Origin: Candidatus Fermentibacterota bacterium
GTDB lineage: Bacteria; JAFGKV01
Length of the DNA stretch: 56,865 nucleotides
Direction of reading: 5' to 3'
NCBI GenBank assembly: GCA_030620115.1
Contig: JAUXFG010000003.1
Span: 1-56,865 of the forward strand
Shown here: piece after piece, positions 1-8,215 of the stretch
Layout: each line of letters begins with the position of its first letter
Numbering within the stretch: the first letter of the stretch is position 1
Notes under the pieces: model-generated
Told to the model about the DNA's origin: nothing
Databases searched by the model: none
What the model saw: only the letters and a program-made list of their open reading frames with translations
Made by a program: the position numbers and the translations under genes

Positions 1-1
1 G

Positions 2-700
2 CAGCAAATAGAAGCATCCGTCATGCATCTTCCGGCATCCGGAATAGGGAAACTCTTAGAGATCGGGTTTGGCAACGGATCAAGGTTGGCGACGCTCTCG
101 AGTCTGGGGTGGGATGTGGAAGGCATCGAAGTCGATAGAAAGGCGGTTGAGGATGTTCGCTCTCGACTTGGTCTGTCGGTCAAGCAGTCCGAACTGGCCG
201 ATGCCGACTATCCAGATGGGCACTTCGACCGAGTCATAGTGAGCCATGTCTTGGAGCACGTCGCTGAGCCTATTTCGTTGCTGCATGAAGTCGCCAGGGT
301 ATTGAAACCCGGGGGACAAGTGGTCCTTTCAACACCCAACTCCAGCAGCTTGAACCATAGAAAGTTCGGCGCTGCCTACTTCCATCTTGATCCTCCCAGG
401 CATCTGTTCGTTTTCAACAAAAGGAGTCTGGTCAATGCGGTGGAGACAACGGGCCTCGAGGTCGTCAGCCTATGGGTATCTACGCGGAATTATGTTTCAA
501 CTGTATTTGCCTCGTCCGAGATACGAAAGACAGGCCATTTCCATTGGCAAGCCAAACCGAGGCTCGGGATGAGGCCAACGAGCTTGATCATTCATTGCGT
601 TGCTTGGATTGGCGCCCTCTTCAATAAGGAACTGGGAGACGAACTGTTCCTCATTGCAAAAAAACCAAGCGAAGCTGCGCCTCAAACCGACGAGCGATGA
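2..700 (+). CDS. class I SAM-dependent methyltransferase (5'-partial; frame open to window edge)
   Basis: Motif I LLEIGFGNG, then DVEGIEVD, VIVSHVLEHV and LKPGGQVVLSTPN (Methyltransf_11/23-like). No stop in frame back to nt 2. The last ~12 codons (SEAAPQTDER) lie inside repeat M1-A. Confidence 0.8.
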   Translation, partial: QQIEASVMHLPASGIGKLLEIGFGNGSRLATLSSLGWDVEGIEVDRKAVEDVRSRLGLSVKQSELADADYPDGHFDRVIVSHVLEHVAEPISLLHEVARVLKPGGQVVLSTPNSSSLNHRKFGAAYFHLDPPRHLFVFNKRSLVNAVETTGLEVVSLWVSTRNYVSTVFASSEIRKTGHFHWQAKPRLGMRPTSLIIHCVAWIGALFNKELGDELFLIAKKPSEAAPQTDER

Positions 701-873
701 TGCCGTGGCGCATTGATTGAGGCGCAGCGATACTGCTTGCTGGTCACTGGATACTGGATGAAACCCTGAGTCGTTCCGTTCTCCTTCCAGCATCACCTCG
801 CAGCTAACCCACAAACGTCGTTGCAAAACTTGACTCGTTTGTTAAGTTTCCAACCTATTGAAGACGGCTAGTG
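668..873 (+). repeat. M1 element, copy A (hairpin + 1 CCAGCAT unit + 35-mer)
   Basis: Hairpin GCTGCGCCTCAA (674-685) / TTGAGGCGCAGC (717-728). 35-mer GTTGCAAAACTTGACTCGTTTGTTAAGTTTCCAAC at 820-854. Confidence 0.85.
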
Positions 874-1651
874 CGATGACACAATACTCTCCCCATAGGG
901 GTCGTCCATTCTTCAGCCCGACTGGAACACCACAGAGGATGAAGGCAGTGGCTTTCGATTATATCGCCGTATTCTCGACTCAGAGCGAGGTCATCTTCCC
1001 AGAGGAACTCCACAAGATGGAGAAAGAAGCCGAGGTCGAGACCAAACGCCTGGGCCCCCAATCGATCCGACGCCGGAAGCGGGGATAGAGAGGATCACGT
1101 TCTCGTCAGGAGTCCGACGGCGTTCAGCAAAGCAGACAGGGTCAGATGGGCTGATACAGTAGACTCCTGGTGAGAAATGCGGGACAGACGCATGCGTGTG
1201 ATATGTGCTCTGGAGCCGAGAGCGGATGCGACTCGAACCGGGCAACACCATATCAGATTTCCTCTTGCCATTGTCGAGGATCGTGATAGTTTCGGGCAAC
1301 GATGGTTCGTTTTCAGTTCTGCAAGACCCGGCATCGACCCTCTGCATCATTGCAAAGAGGGCGCTCTTCCTTATGGAGAAGCATGGCTATGTATTCTCTG
1401 GGTCTCGCTTCTGTTGAGTTTTGTGTTGTTCTGGGGCTGGTAGATTTGACAGCCAGACCCAATTCTCAAGGTGACTATCCAAGAAACGCGCAGAGATACG
1501 TGCCGTAGATTGCGGCCTCCGGGGTGTTGCCGGCGTGGCAGATGATGCCCACAAAGGAGACCGACCCGAAACAGACTCATAAGATGATTGAGTTCTCAAT
1601 CTTGGGGCTGACGATTGCCACGGCTGATCATGACAAAGGGAGGGATTCCAA

Positions 1652-2137
1652 ATGCCCGTTGCTTCTGACGTGATACTTGGAGAGGGTGTGCAGATATATC
1701 ACCCAGACTTGGTAAACCTTTACGGATGCGTTGTTGGCAATGGAACCAGGATCGGCGCTTTCGTGGAGATACAGAAAAACGTCAGTGTAGGCAAATTCTG
1801 CAAGATCTCTACTCATACCTTCATTTGCGAAGGCGTGACGATTGAAGATGAAGTCTTTGTTGGGCACAATGTAATGTTCATAAACGATCGATATCCTCGT
1901 GCAACAGCTGGTGGTGGACTTCAGACCGAGGAAGACTGGGAGGTGATTCCAACACTGGTGAAGCGAGGAGCCTCCATAGGAAGCGGAGCAGTTGTGATGT
2001 GCGGCATCACCATTGGGGAGAATGCGCTTGTGGGTGCTGGCGCTGTTGTCACGCGTGACGTGCCTGATCAGGCTATTGTCGTGGGGGTCCCGGCAAAGGC
2101 AGTGGGCGATGTCCGGGACAGGAAGGAGGGCGCATGA
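1652..2137 (+). CDS. sugar N-acetyltransferase, left-handed beta-helix / hexapeptide-repeat family (WbpD-like)
   Basis: Hexapeptide repeats (IGAFVEI, VGKFCKI, IGSGAVV, VGAGAVV) and C-terminal VVGVPAK. The stop overlaps the next start (ATGA at 2134-2137). Confidence 0.8.
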   Translation: MPVASDVILGEGVQIYHPDLVNLYGCVVGNGTRIGAFVEIQKNVSVGKFCKISTHTFICEGVTIEDEVFVGHNVMFINDRYPRATAGGGLQTEEDWEVIPTLVKRGASIGSGAVVMCGITIGENALVGAGAVVTRDVPDQAIVVGVPAKAVGDVRDRKEGA

Positions 2138-3165
2138 TAGGGATCGGCATCATTGGTTACGGCTATTGGGGACCCAATCTGGTCCGCAATTTTGCCGAAG
2201 CTGAAGGGTCAAGAGTTGTGGCTGTGGCAGATAGGCGTTGTGAACGCCTCCAACTTGCCAAGAAGAGATACCCTAGTGTGAAAACCGAACGCGATCCTAC
2301 TTTGATCTTTTCTGACCGAGAGGTCGACGCTGTTGCCATTGCTACTCCGGTTTCAACTCATTTCGATCTGGCAATGCAAGCGTTGGAGGCAGGCAAACAT
2401 ATTCTCGTTGAGAAGCCTCTCGCCAGTACTTCAGAGGAAGTGATCCGACTCATGGCGGAAGCAGACCGGAGAAAACTGGTCCTCATGGTGGATCACACGT
2501 TCGTGTACACAGGTGTTGTTCGCAAGATCCGGGAGATAGTGGCTAGCAACGGATTAGGAGAAATCCGTTACTACGATTCTGTCCGTGTTAACCTTGGGCT
2601 CTTCCAGCATGATATAAGCGTCATTTGGGATCTGGCTGTCCATGATATTTCCATCATGGATTACGTGCTTTCTTCGGAGCCCTGCGCCGTCAGTGCGACA
2701 GGAGTGAGTCATGTCTCTGGAGAACCGGAGAATATTGCCTACCTCACGCTTTTCTTCGACAACAATCTAATAGCCCACATCCATGTGAACTGGCTGGCAC
2801 CCGTGAAGATCCGCCAAACATTGATCGGTGGATCAGAAAAGATGATCGTATATGATGACCTAGAACCCAGCGAGAAAATGAAGATCTACGATAAAGGAAT
2901 CACTGTCAAGCGGGATAGCCCCGAAAGCATCTACAATCTACTAATAGGCTATCGAACAGGAGACATGTGGGCACCACAGTTTGACAGGACTGAGGCACTG
3001 CGCACTGAGGCATCCCATTTTCTGGAATGCGTGGAGAATGGACAGCGTCCGTTGACCGACGGATCAGCCGGATTACGCGTTGTACGAGTTCTTGAGGCGG
3101 CAAGCCAGTCTATGAATAAACGCGGGCATCCCGTGGAGCTTTCAGCGGGGGGGGGCTCGGCATGA
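2134..3165 (+). CDS. Gfo/Idh/MocA family sugar-nucleotide oxidoreductase (WbpB-like)
   Basis: N-terminal Rossmann IGIIGYGYWGPN and an EKPLA motif, 343 aa. ATGA overlaps with both neighbours. Confidence 0.85.
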   Translation: MIGIGIIGYGYWGPNLVRNFAEAEGSRVVAVADRRCERLQLAKKRYPSVKTERDPTLIFSDREVDAVAIATPVSTHFDLAMQALEAGKHILVEKPLASTSEEVIRLMAEADRRKLVLMVDHTFVYTGVVRKIREIVASNGLGEIRYYDSVRVNLGLFQHDISVIWDLAVHDISIMDYVLSSEPCAVSATGVSHVSGEPENIAYLTLFFDNNLIAHIHVNWLAPVKIRQTLIGGSEKMIVYDDLEPSEKMKIYDKGITVKRDSPESIYNLLIGYRTGDMWAPQFDRTEALRTEASHFLECVENGQRPLTDGSAGLRVVRVLEAASQSMNKRGHPVELSAGGGSA

Positions 3166-4271
3166 TTCCATTCATCGATCTAAAGACACAATATCACGGC
3201 ATCAAGGAGGAAATCGACGCAGCTATAGAGCGCGTTCTGGAGAGCAGCCAGTTTGCTTTGGGTGCAGAAGTAGCCGCCTTTGAGAAGGAGTTTACGGCTT
3301 ACTGCCATGCTGGCAATGGGATAGGAGTGAATTCAGGCACAAGTGCGCTTCACTTGGCGCTTCTGGCAGCAGGGGTTGGCCCTGGAGATGAAGTTATCAC
3401 CGTACCCTTCACATTCATAGCCACGGTGGCAGCTATCTGCTACACAGGAGCCAAGCCAGTATTTGTGGATGTGGAACCGCGTACGTTGACCATGGATGTT
3501 GGCAGAATAGAGGAAGCCATCACCGAGAGGACAAAGGTCGTCCTCCCCGTTCATCTTTATGGGCATCCTGCGGATATGGATCCAATCTTGGATATCGCCG
3601 CTCGCCACAATCTCATTGTTATCGAGGATGCCGCCCAGGCTCACGGAGCCGAGTATAGGGGGCGACGAGTCGGAAGCCTGGGAGAAATGGGTTGCTTTAG
3701 CTTCTACCCTGGGAAGAACCTTGGGGCCTATGGTGAAGGCGGTATGGTCGTTACTGACAACCGCGACTTCGAAAGCAAGATCCGAATGCTCAGAGATTGG
3801 GGCCAGGAAAGCAAGGGTCGGCACCTGCTCAAGGGATACAACTATCGCATGGAGGGGCTGCAGGGAGCTATTCTTCGTGTCAAGTTGAGATACCTCAAAG
3901 AGTGGACAGAAGCACGTCGTTCACATGCCGATCTGTACAGCAAACTGTTGGTAGACAATAACATCCAGACACCTCTGTCGATGCCCTATGGCCGGCACGC
4001 ATACCACATCTATGCTATTCGTCTTAGACGGCGGGACGCGGTGGTGAGGGCGCTGCGGGAGGACGGGATTCAGTGTGGCATTCACTACCCTATTCCCGTC
4101 CATCTTCAGCCAGCCCACCTGGATCTTGGCTATCGTGCTGGTGATTTCCCCGTCTCCGAGCAGGCCGCTGCATCAGAGCTTTCGCTTCCGATGTTTGCCG
4201 AGCTTCAAGAGAGTCAGATCAAGGAAGTTGCCCGCAGCGTTCGAACAGCTTTATCAACCGAGGAGGTCTGA
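3162..4271 (+). CDS. DegT/DnrJ/EryC1/StrS family PLP-dependent aminotransferase (WbpE-like)
   Basis: GVNSGTSALHLAL, EDAAQAHGA, SFYPGKNLGAYGEGG (Schiff-base Lys context), GYNYRM. 369 aa. Confidence 0.9.
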   Translation: MIPFIDLKTQYHGIKEEIDAAIERVLESSQFALGAEVAAFEKEFTAYCHAGNGIGVNSGTSALHLALLAAGVGPGDEVITVPFTFIATVAAICYTGAKPVFVDVEPRTLTMDVGRIEEAITERTKVVLPVHLYGHPADMDPILDIAARHNLIVIEDAAQAHGAEYRGRRVGSLGEMGCFSFYPGKNLGAYGEGGMVVTDNRDFESKIRMLRDWGQESKGRHLLKGYNYRMEGLQGAILRVKLRYLKEWTEARRSHADLYSKLLVDNNIQTPLSMPYGRHAYHIYAIRLRRRDAVVRALREDGIQCGIHYPIPVHLQPAHLDLGYRAGDFPVSEQAAASELSLPMFAELQESQIKEVARSVRTALSTEEV

Positions 4272-4355
4272 TCGAGAAGCAAGTTCAACCACTCGGGACG
4301 CGTAGCATGCGCGGTATGGCAAGGCCAATGGACACAATGGGCGGATATCCCGTGA

Positions 4356-4493
4356 CTTCAGACTGAGGCTGAGGGGGCTATCTTGGGCGCTACCAAGAAC
4401 ATTTCTCCTTACAAGATCATCGCTGGCAATCCCGCCCGAGTTCTCCGAAGCGTTGACGACGACGCGGTAGCTGGAGGCAAGGATCCAGGATGA
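4356..4493 (+). pseudogene. C-terminal remnant of a hexapeptide-repeat acyltransferase
   Basis: A 45-codon stop-to-stop frame with no start codon reads ...GAILGATKNISPYKIIAGNPARVLRSVDDDAV.... This is the typical LbH acyltransferase C-terminus (P-Y-x-I-x-x-G-N-P-A-R/K-V-I/L-R). It lies between the aminotransferase and the GT2. Confidence 0.4.
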
Positions 4494-4577
4494 GAATGGC
4501 CCAAGAAGGAATCTCCAAAGCGCGTACCGGTCTCTTTTCCAGGGTCGGGGCAGGGATAGTTCAATCGAGATAGCAGC

Positions 4578-5354
4578 ATGTGCAACCCACTCCCAAACAG
4601 GACGATAGGCGCTCACAAGCTCATTTTTCTCTCCGTTGCAATGCCTGTCTATAACGAGGAGCTCAATATCGAGAAGGTAGTCCTCGATCATCTCCATGTG
4701 TTAGAGTCGCTGGCTGGAATGGTTGCACGCTGGGAGATCGTTTGCGTAGACGATGCCAGTACAGATCATACTCCACAGATCTTGAGGCAACTCGAGGCTC
4801 GAATACCTCTCCTGAGGACGCTTCGTCATGCCGAGAATAGGGGCATCCATGAATCGATGGCCAGTGCTACTCGAGCAGCGCGAGGGACACACATATATCT
4901 AACAGCCTCCGACGGTCAGTGGCCAGCAGAGAATCTGGTCCTCTTGCTTCGTGCAGTTGTTGATTCGAAAGCAGATATGGCTATTTGGGTTCGACAGAAT
5001 CGATCGGAAGTCTACGACGCCAGACGACGAATCGTATCGCATTTCTTCAACCTGCTGCCGCGGATCCTATTCGGCGTTGATACCATGGATGCGGGAAGTG
5101 CCAAACTTGCCTTGAAGGAAATCTATACATTCGATCCGATTTCTCGCAGTCCTTTCGCTGAAGCCGAAAGAATCATTTGGGCTCGTCGTTCAGGATATCG
5201 CATCGCCTATGTCCCGGCGGCATTTCGAACCCGTTGGGGAGGCAAGGAAACCGGAGCCAGCCTGAAGAACGTGCTGGCATCTTTGCGGGATTGCCTGCGA
5301 TGCGTTGGCCGCTATGGATTGCGTTCGCGTGAATCGCAATCAAACTCGCCGTAG
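4578..5354 (+). CDS. family 2 glycosyltransferase
   Basis: LSVAMPVYNEELNIEKV, then VCVDDASTDHT (DxD-type region). 258 aa. Confidence 0.8.
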   Translation: MCNPLPNRTIGAHKLIFLSVAMPVYNEELNIEKVVLDHLHVLESLAGMVARWEIVCVDDASTDHTPQILRQLEARIPLLRTLRHAENRGIHESMASATRAARGTHIYLTASDGQWPAENLVLLLRAVVDSKADMAIWVRQNRSEVYDARRRIVSHFFNLLPRILFGVDTMDAGSAKLALKEIYTFDPISRSPFAEAERIIWARRSGYRIAYVPAAFRTRWGGKETGASLKNVLASLRDCLRCVGRYGLRSRESQSNSP

Positions 5355-5638
5355 CCCGAAGGAACTCAGGAGAGAGAAAGCGCGACAAAGATCCCTTCCT
5401 TGGATCTCAAGGCATAGTGTAGGCAAATCGCGGATGAGATCCGCTCACCCCCTTGGCCTCGCTCTTGGAACACCCCATTGACAAGGCAACTACTGCGAAG
5501 GAGAGTACGGCAACGACCAAGCATGATCGTATTTCTTCGTCTCCTGATCCAAGCACACTCATCTTCTTTCTCACACGAACCTCAGCTATCCGAATGCCAG
5601 GGCCACAGGCGACGCGATCCAAGCTCTAGTTCTGCTAT

Positions 5639-5694
5639 AGCTCCAATTACACAGTTCAGGGTCGGTTCTGACCCTGAACTGTGTAATTGGAGCT
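5639..5694. repeat. perfect 25-bp inverted repeat with 6-nt loop
   Basis: AGCTCCAATTACACAGTTCAGGGTC (5639-5663), loop GGTTCT, then the exact reverse complement (5670-5694). It lies between the convergent GT2 and sulfatase-like genes. Confidence 0.9.
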
Positions 5695-6018
5695 TCACCT
5701 GAGTACTGTCTCCGTCGCATTTTCATCTTCTTCCCTCCGTCTCTCTTTCCAGCGGGGCTTCTCCACGATTTTGCCAATGGCCTATGCTTTTTCTCATCCT
5801 CAATTCGCGCTGGAATCTCAACACGACATGAATTCTCCCAGGCAATTGGGTTTCAGGAGAGCTGATACCATGCTTCTTGAGGATCATTCATTCCAACGTC
5901 TTGGTTATGACCGCAGTTCGGTCAGGGATTCGATTCGAAATAAAGATCAACTCCTTGGATCCCAGGGATCAAGGATGTTCATTCTCTTGAGCGTTTGACC
6001 CAGGTTGAGACGGTCTAC

Positions 6019-7932
6019 TCATTCCATATAGCCAAGAGCTATGAGCTGCTTGCGATAGTCCTCGGATATGGAGGATTCTTCGATCTCGCCTGCATCGGCA
6101 CGGTTCCGATCCATCTGTTGGATCAGCAATGCATGCAGACGTGATGTCTTGGCTCGAAGAATCCCCGCGAGATTTTTCCTTTCGGCGGGGTCACTTCGGA
6201 GATCGAAAAGCTTTTCCACAAACGGTGGATCGGCTCCCTCCTCGGATTCAAGAACATACTTGTACCCATTGATTCGCAAGCCATATTGCTGACCCTTGCG
6301 GGCCATACAGCACGAGTATGCAGGTCGGGGAGCAGTGTCGCTGCCTTCAATCAAGGATCTGAGACTCCTCGACGGAACATCCTCGGGGATGGGCAGGCCG
6401 AAATAGTCAAGCAGCGTAGCAAAAAGATCAACTAGTGGTACTTGGTGCGGGATGGTTTTCCCTGCTGGGATGTCCGGTCCCACAAGGATAAGCGGCACAT
6501 GGAGAATCTCGTCATACAGCGTCCACCCATGTTGCAGCAACGGCGGATGATCGAGAAGGCCTTCCCCGTGATCACTTGTGATAACCAACAGAGAGTTCTC
6601 CAGAAGACTCAGGTTCTCAAGCTCCTGGATGAATCGGACGAGGTGCTCATCCGTGTAGGCAATGCCAGAAGCGTAGGCGGCTCTGCGTTCTTCAGCACTC
6701 TTGGAACGCAGATTCATGGTAAGAAAGCGAGCATGATTATAAGGGAAGTGCACCTCAAACGTATGGAAGAAAAGGAAAATCGGCTGGTGAGGGTTTCTTC
6801 TCAGCCATTGCAGAGCCAAGTAGACATTGGTTTCCAGGTCCGCTTGCAGGCTGTTGTGACTGCGATTATATGCTTCTTGGTACAAATAGAATCCATCTGC
6901 AAAGCCGTGTCGACCGGCCATCGCCGCCGTGCCTGTGAACGCAATGCTAAGGAAGCCGGCCTCGGAAAACAATTCCGCCAGAGTGGCGTGGTATGCGGAG
7001 AGGCGTGGAGTCTTGTCGATGTGCTTGTCCATGCCCAGAGCATCGGGGTCTTTGCCGGTCATCATCGTCATGTGGCTCGGCACGGTCCATGGACTTGGGG
7101 CAATCGCCCACTCAAATCGCGTTCCCTTATCTGCAATAGCATCCATGTTGGGACTCGTTGGATATGCGTCATACCCATGAGCTGTCAAATAGTCCGCACG
7201 CAGGGTGTCGATTGAGATCAGTATTATGTTGCGAGGCTCTGCGTCTTTCCGGCCACGCAATAGAGCTGGACGTGCGAGCAGCAGATCTTTGGCTTCCTGC
7301 GGCTCGGTCACGATTTCCACCTGGCGTGTGCCTTCTGGCAGTTCAACAAACGCGTCCTGCCACTCAGGCAAGCCCGGCGTTGGATGCACTCGAATCCTGA
7401 ACACCTCCTGATTGATGGCCCCATCCGTCCGTCGTACAACAATGGATACAATCTGAGCATCGTTGTGTCTCAACGCATAGCCTAGTAGTAAACGATTGCA
7501 GCCCGGTGGCACTTCTACTCTGAGCGGCACGCCCAGCGGAGAATGAACGGTACGAGTTTGCCGGTTCAGGGTCACCTGCTTGTGTGACATTCTTATCGTC
7601 AGTGGAACGCGGGCCATTGTGCGATCTGAAGGTCGCGGAAGCGGCTCAAGAGAAGGGAAGGGATCGCGAAGGAAAACTAGCCATGCAACACCACCGCAAA
7701 TGACAGCGAGCCAAAGCCCCAATGCGATATTTGGGATCGATCGGCGTGTTGGGCTATGAAATGGATGGCGAAAGAAGACGACAAGACCGGAAAGAAAGCA
7801 ACCTACGCCTGCCACCGTTAGAATAAGTGGAATCCCTTTGATCGCAATACCCAAGAGAGGGATCAAGCTGCCAGCGATGAGCCACACCGCGAAACCAAGA
7901 AATCCACGCCTACACACTGGACGCGGAATCAT
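6019..7932 (-). CDS. membrane-anchored sulfatase-fold (alkaline phosphatase superfamily) hydrolase/transferase, Thr-type active-site motif (paralog P1)
   Basis: Three N-terminal TM helices, a ~130-aa beta-rich domain, then ISIDTLRADYL ... SPWTVPSHMTMMTG ... ITSDHGE. The canonical C/S-x-P-x-R is replaced by T-V-P-S-H. ATG preceded by GGAGG with 6-nt spacing. C-terminus is LIALGYME. Confidence 0.8.
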   Translation of the reverse strand: MIPRPVCRRGFLGFAVWLIAGSLIPLLGIAIKGIPLILTVAGVGCFLSGLVVFFRHPFHSPTRRSIPNIALGLWLAVICGGVAWLVFLRDPFPSLEPLPRPSDRTMARVPLTIRMSHKQVTLNRQTRTVHSPLGVPLRVEVPPGCNRLLLGYALRHNDAQIVSIVVRRTDGAINQEVFRIRVHPTPGLPEWQDAFVELPEGTRQVEIVTEPQEAKDLLLARPALLRGRKDAEPRNIILISIDTLRADYLTAHGYDAYPTSPNMDAIADKGTRFEWAIAPSPWTVPSHMTMMTGKDPDALGMDKHIDKTPRLSAYHATLAELFSEAGFLSIAFTGTAAMAGRHGFADGFYLYQEAYNRSHNSLQADLETNVYLALQWLRRNPHQPIFLFFHTFEVHFPYNHARFLTMNLRSKSAEERRAAYASGIAYTDEHLVRFIQELENLSLLENSLLVITSDHGEGLLDHPPLLQHGWTLYDEILHVPLILVGPDIPAGKTIPHQVPLVDLFATLLDYFGLPIPEDVPSRSLRSLIEGSDTAPRPAYSCCMARKGQQYGLRINGYKYVLESEEGADPPFVEKLFDLRSDPAERKNLAGILRAKTSRLHALLIQQMDRNRADAGEIEESSISEDYRKQLIALGYME

Positions 7933-8215
7933 CTTGCACCTCCATTCTCATTGGCACTGGCCTCTCTTTGCGGAGCCTTCTGCGAATATGGCGATATCAG
8001 ATACTGCTTATATCGAGCACCACCCGCCCATGTGCACTGGCACCCCAAAACATGGCCTTCATCGAAGTTGAAGGTTTCCTCACGAAACTCGCAAAGAGAA
8101 TGGCTGTTGCACTGGTGCAAAACGCCAATGTATACGATACTGTGCCATAGTACCCTCAAGAGGTGCGCAACTCACAGACCAGCTTAGGCCTGTCTGAGCA
8201 ACGACAGCGCTTGAA

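Noticed and set aside
822-849. Promoter readings of the repeats: TTG-N19-TAAGTTTC (Bacteroidetes-type) inside the M1 35-mer, TTGACA-N17-CTATTG inside M2, and a TGG...TTGCA sigma-54-like pair
   Set aside because: The genes here use strong SD sequences, unlike Bacteroidetes. The orientation relative to downstream genes is inconsistent among copies. The -10 elements are weak and the sigma-54 spacing is wrong.
820-854. CRISPR array suggested by the GTTGCAAAAC...GTTTCCAAC 35-mer
   Set aside because: The 35-mer occurs once per locus, its flanks are conserved rather than spacer-like, and no cas genes are in the window. It is therefore not an array. It is kept only as a description of the M1 module.
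4254-4697. 147-aa minus-strand ORF spanning the aminotransferase/GT2 junction
   Set aside because: It overlaps two supported plus-strand genes as well as the acyltransferase relic, and it has no motifs.
5407-5622. Small lipoprotein-like ORF (..VVALSMGCSKSEAK..)
   Set aside because: The n-region is acidic, the lipobox is non-canonical and the SD is weak. The ORF lies in repeat-poor but unconserved-looking spacer DNA.
7929-8159. 76-aa ORF whose stop overlaps the P1 start (ATGA-type overlap)
   Set aside because: It has a TTG start with no SD, no internal ATG and no recognisable family. The 4-nt overlap alone is not enough evidence.
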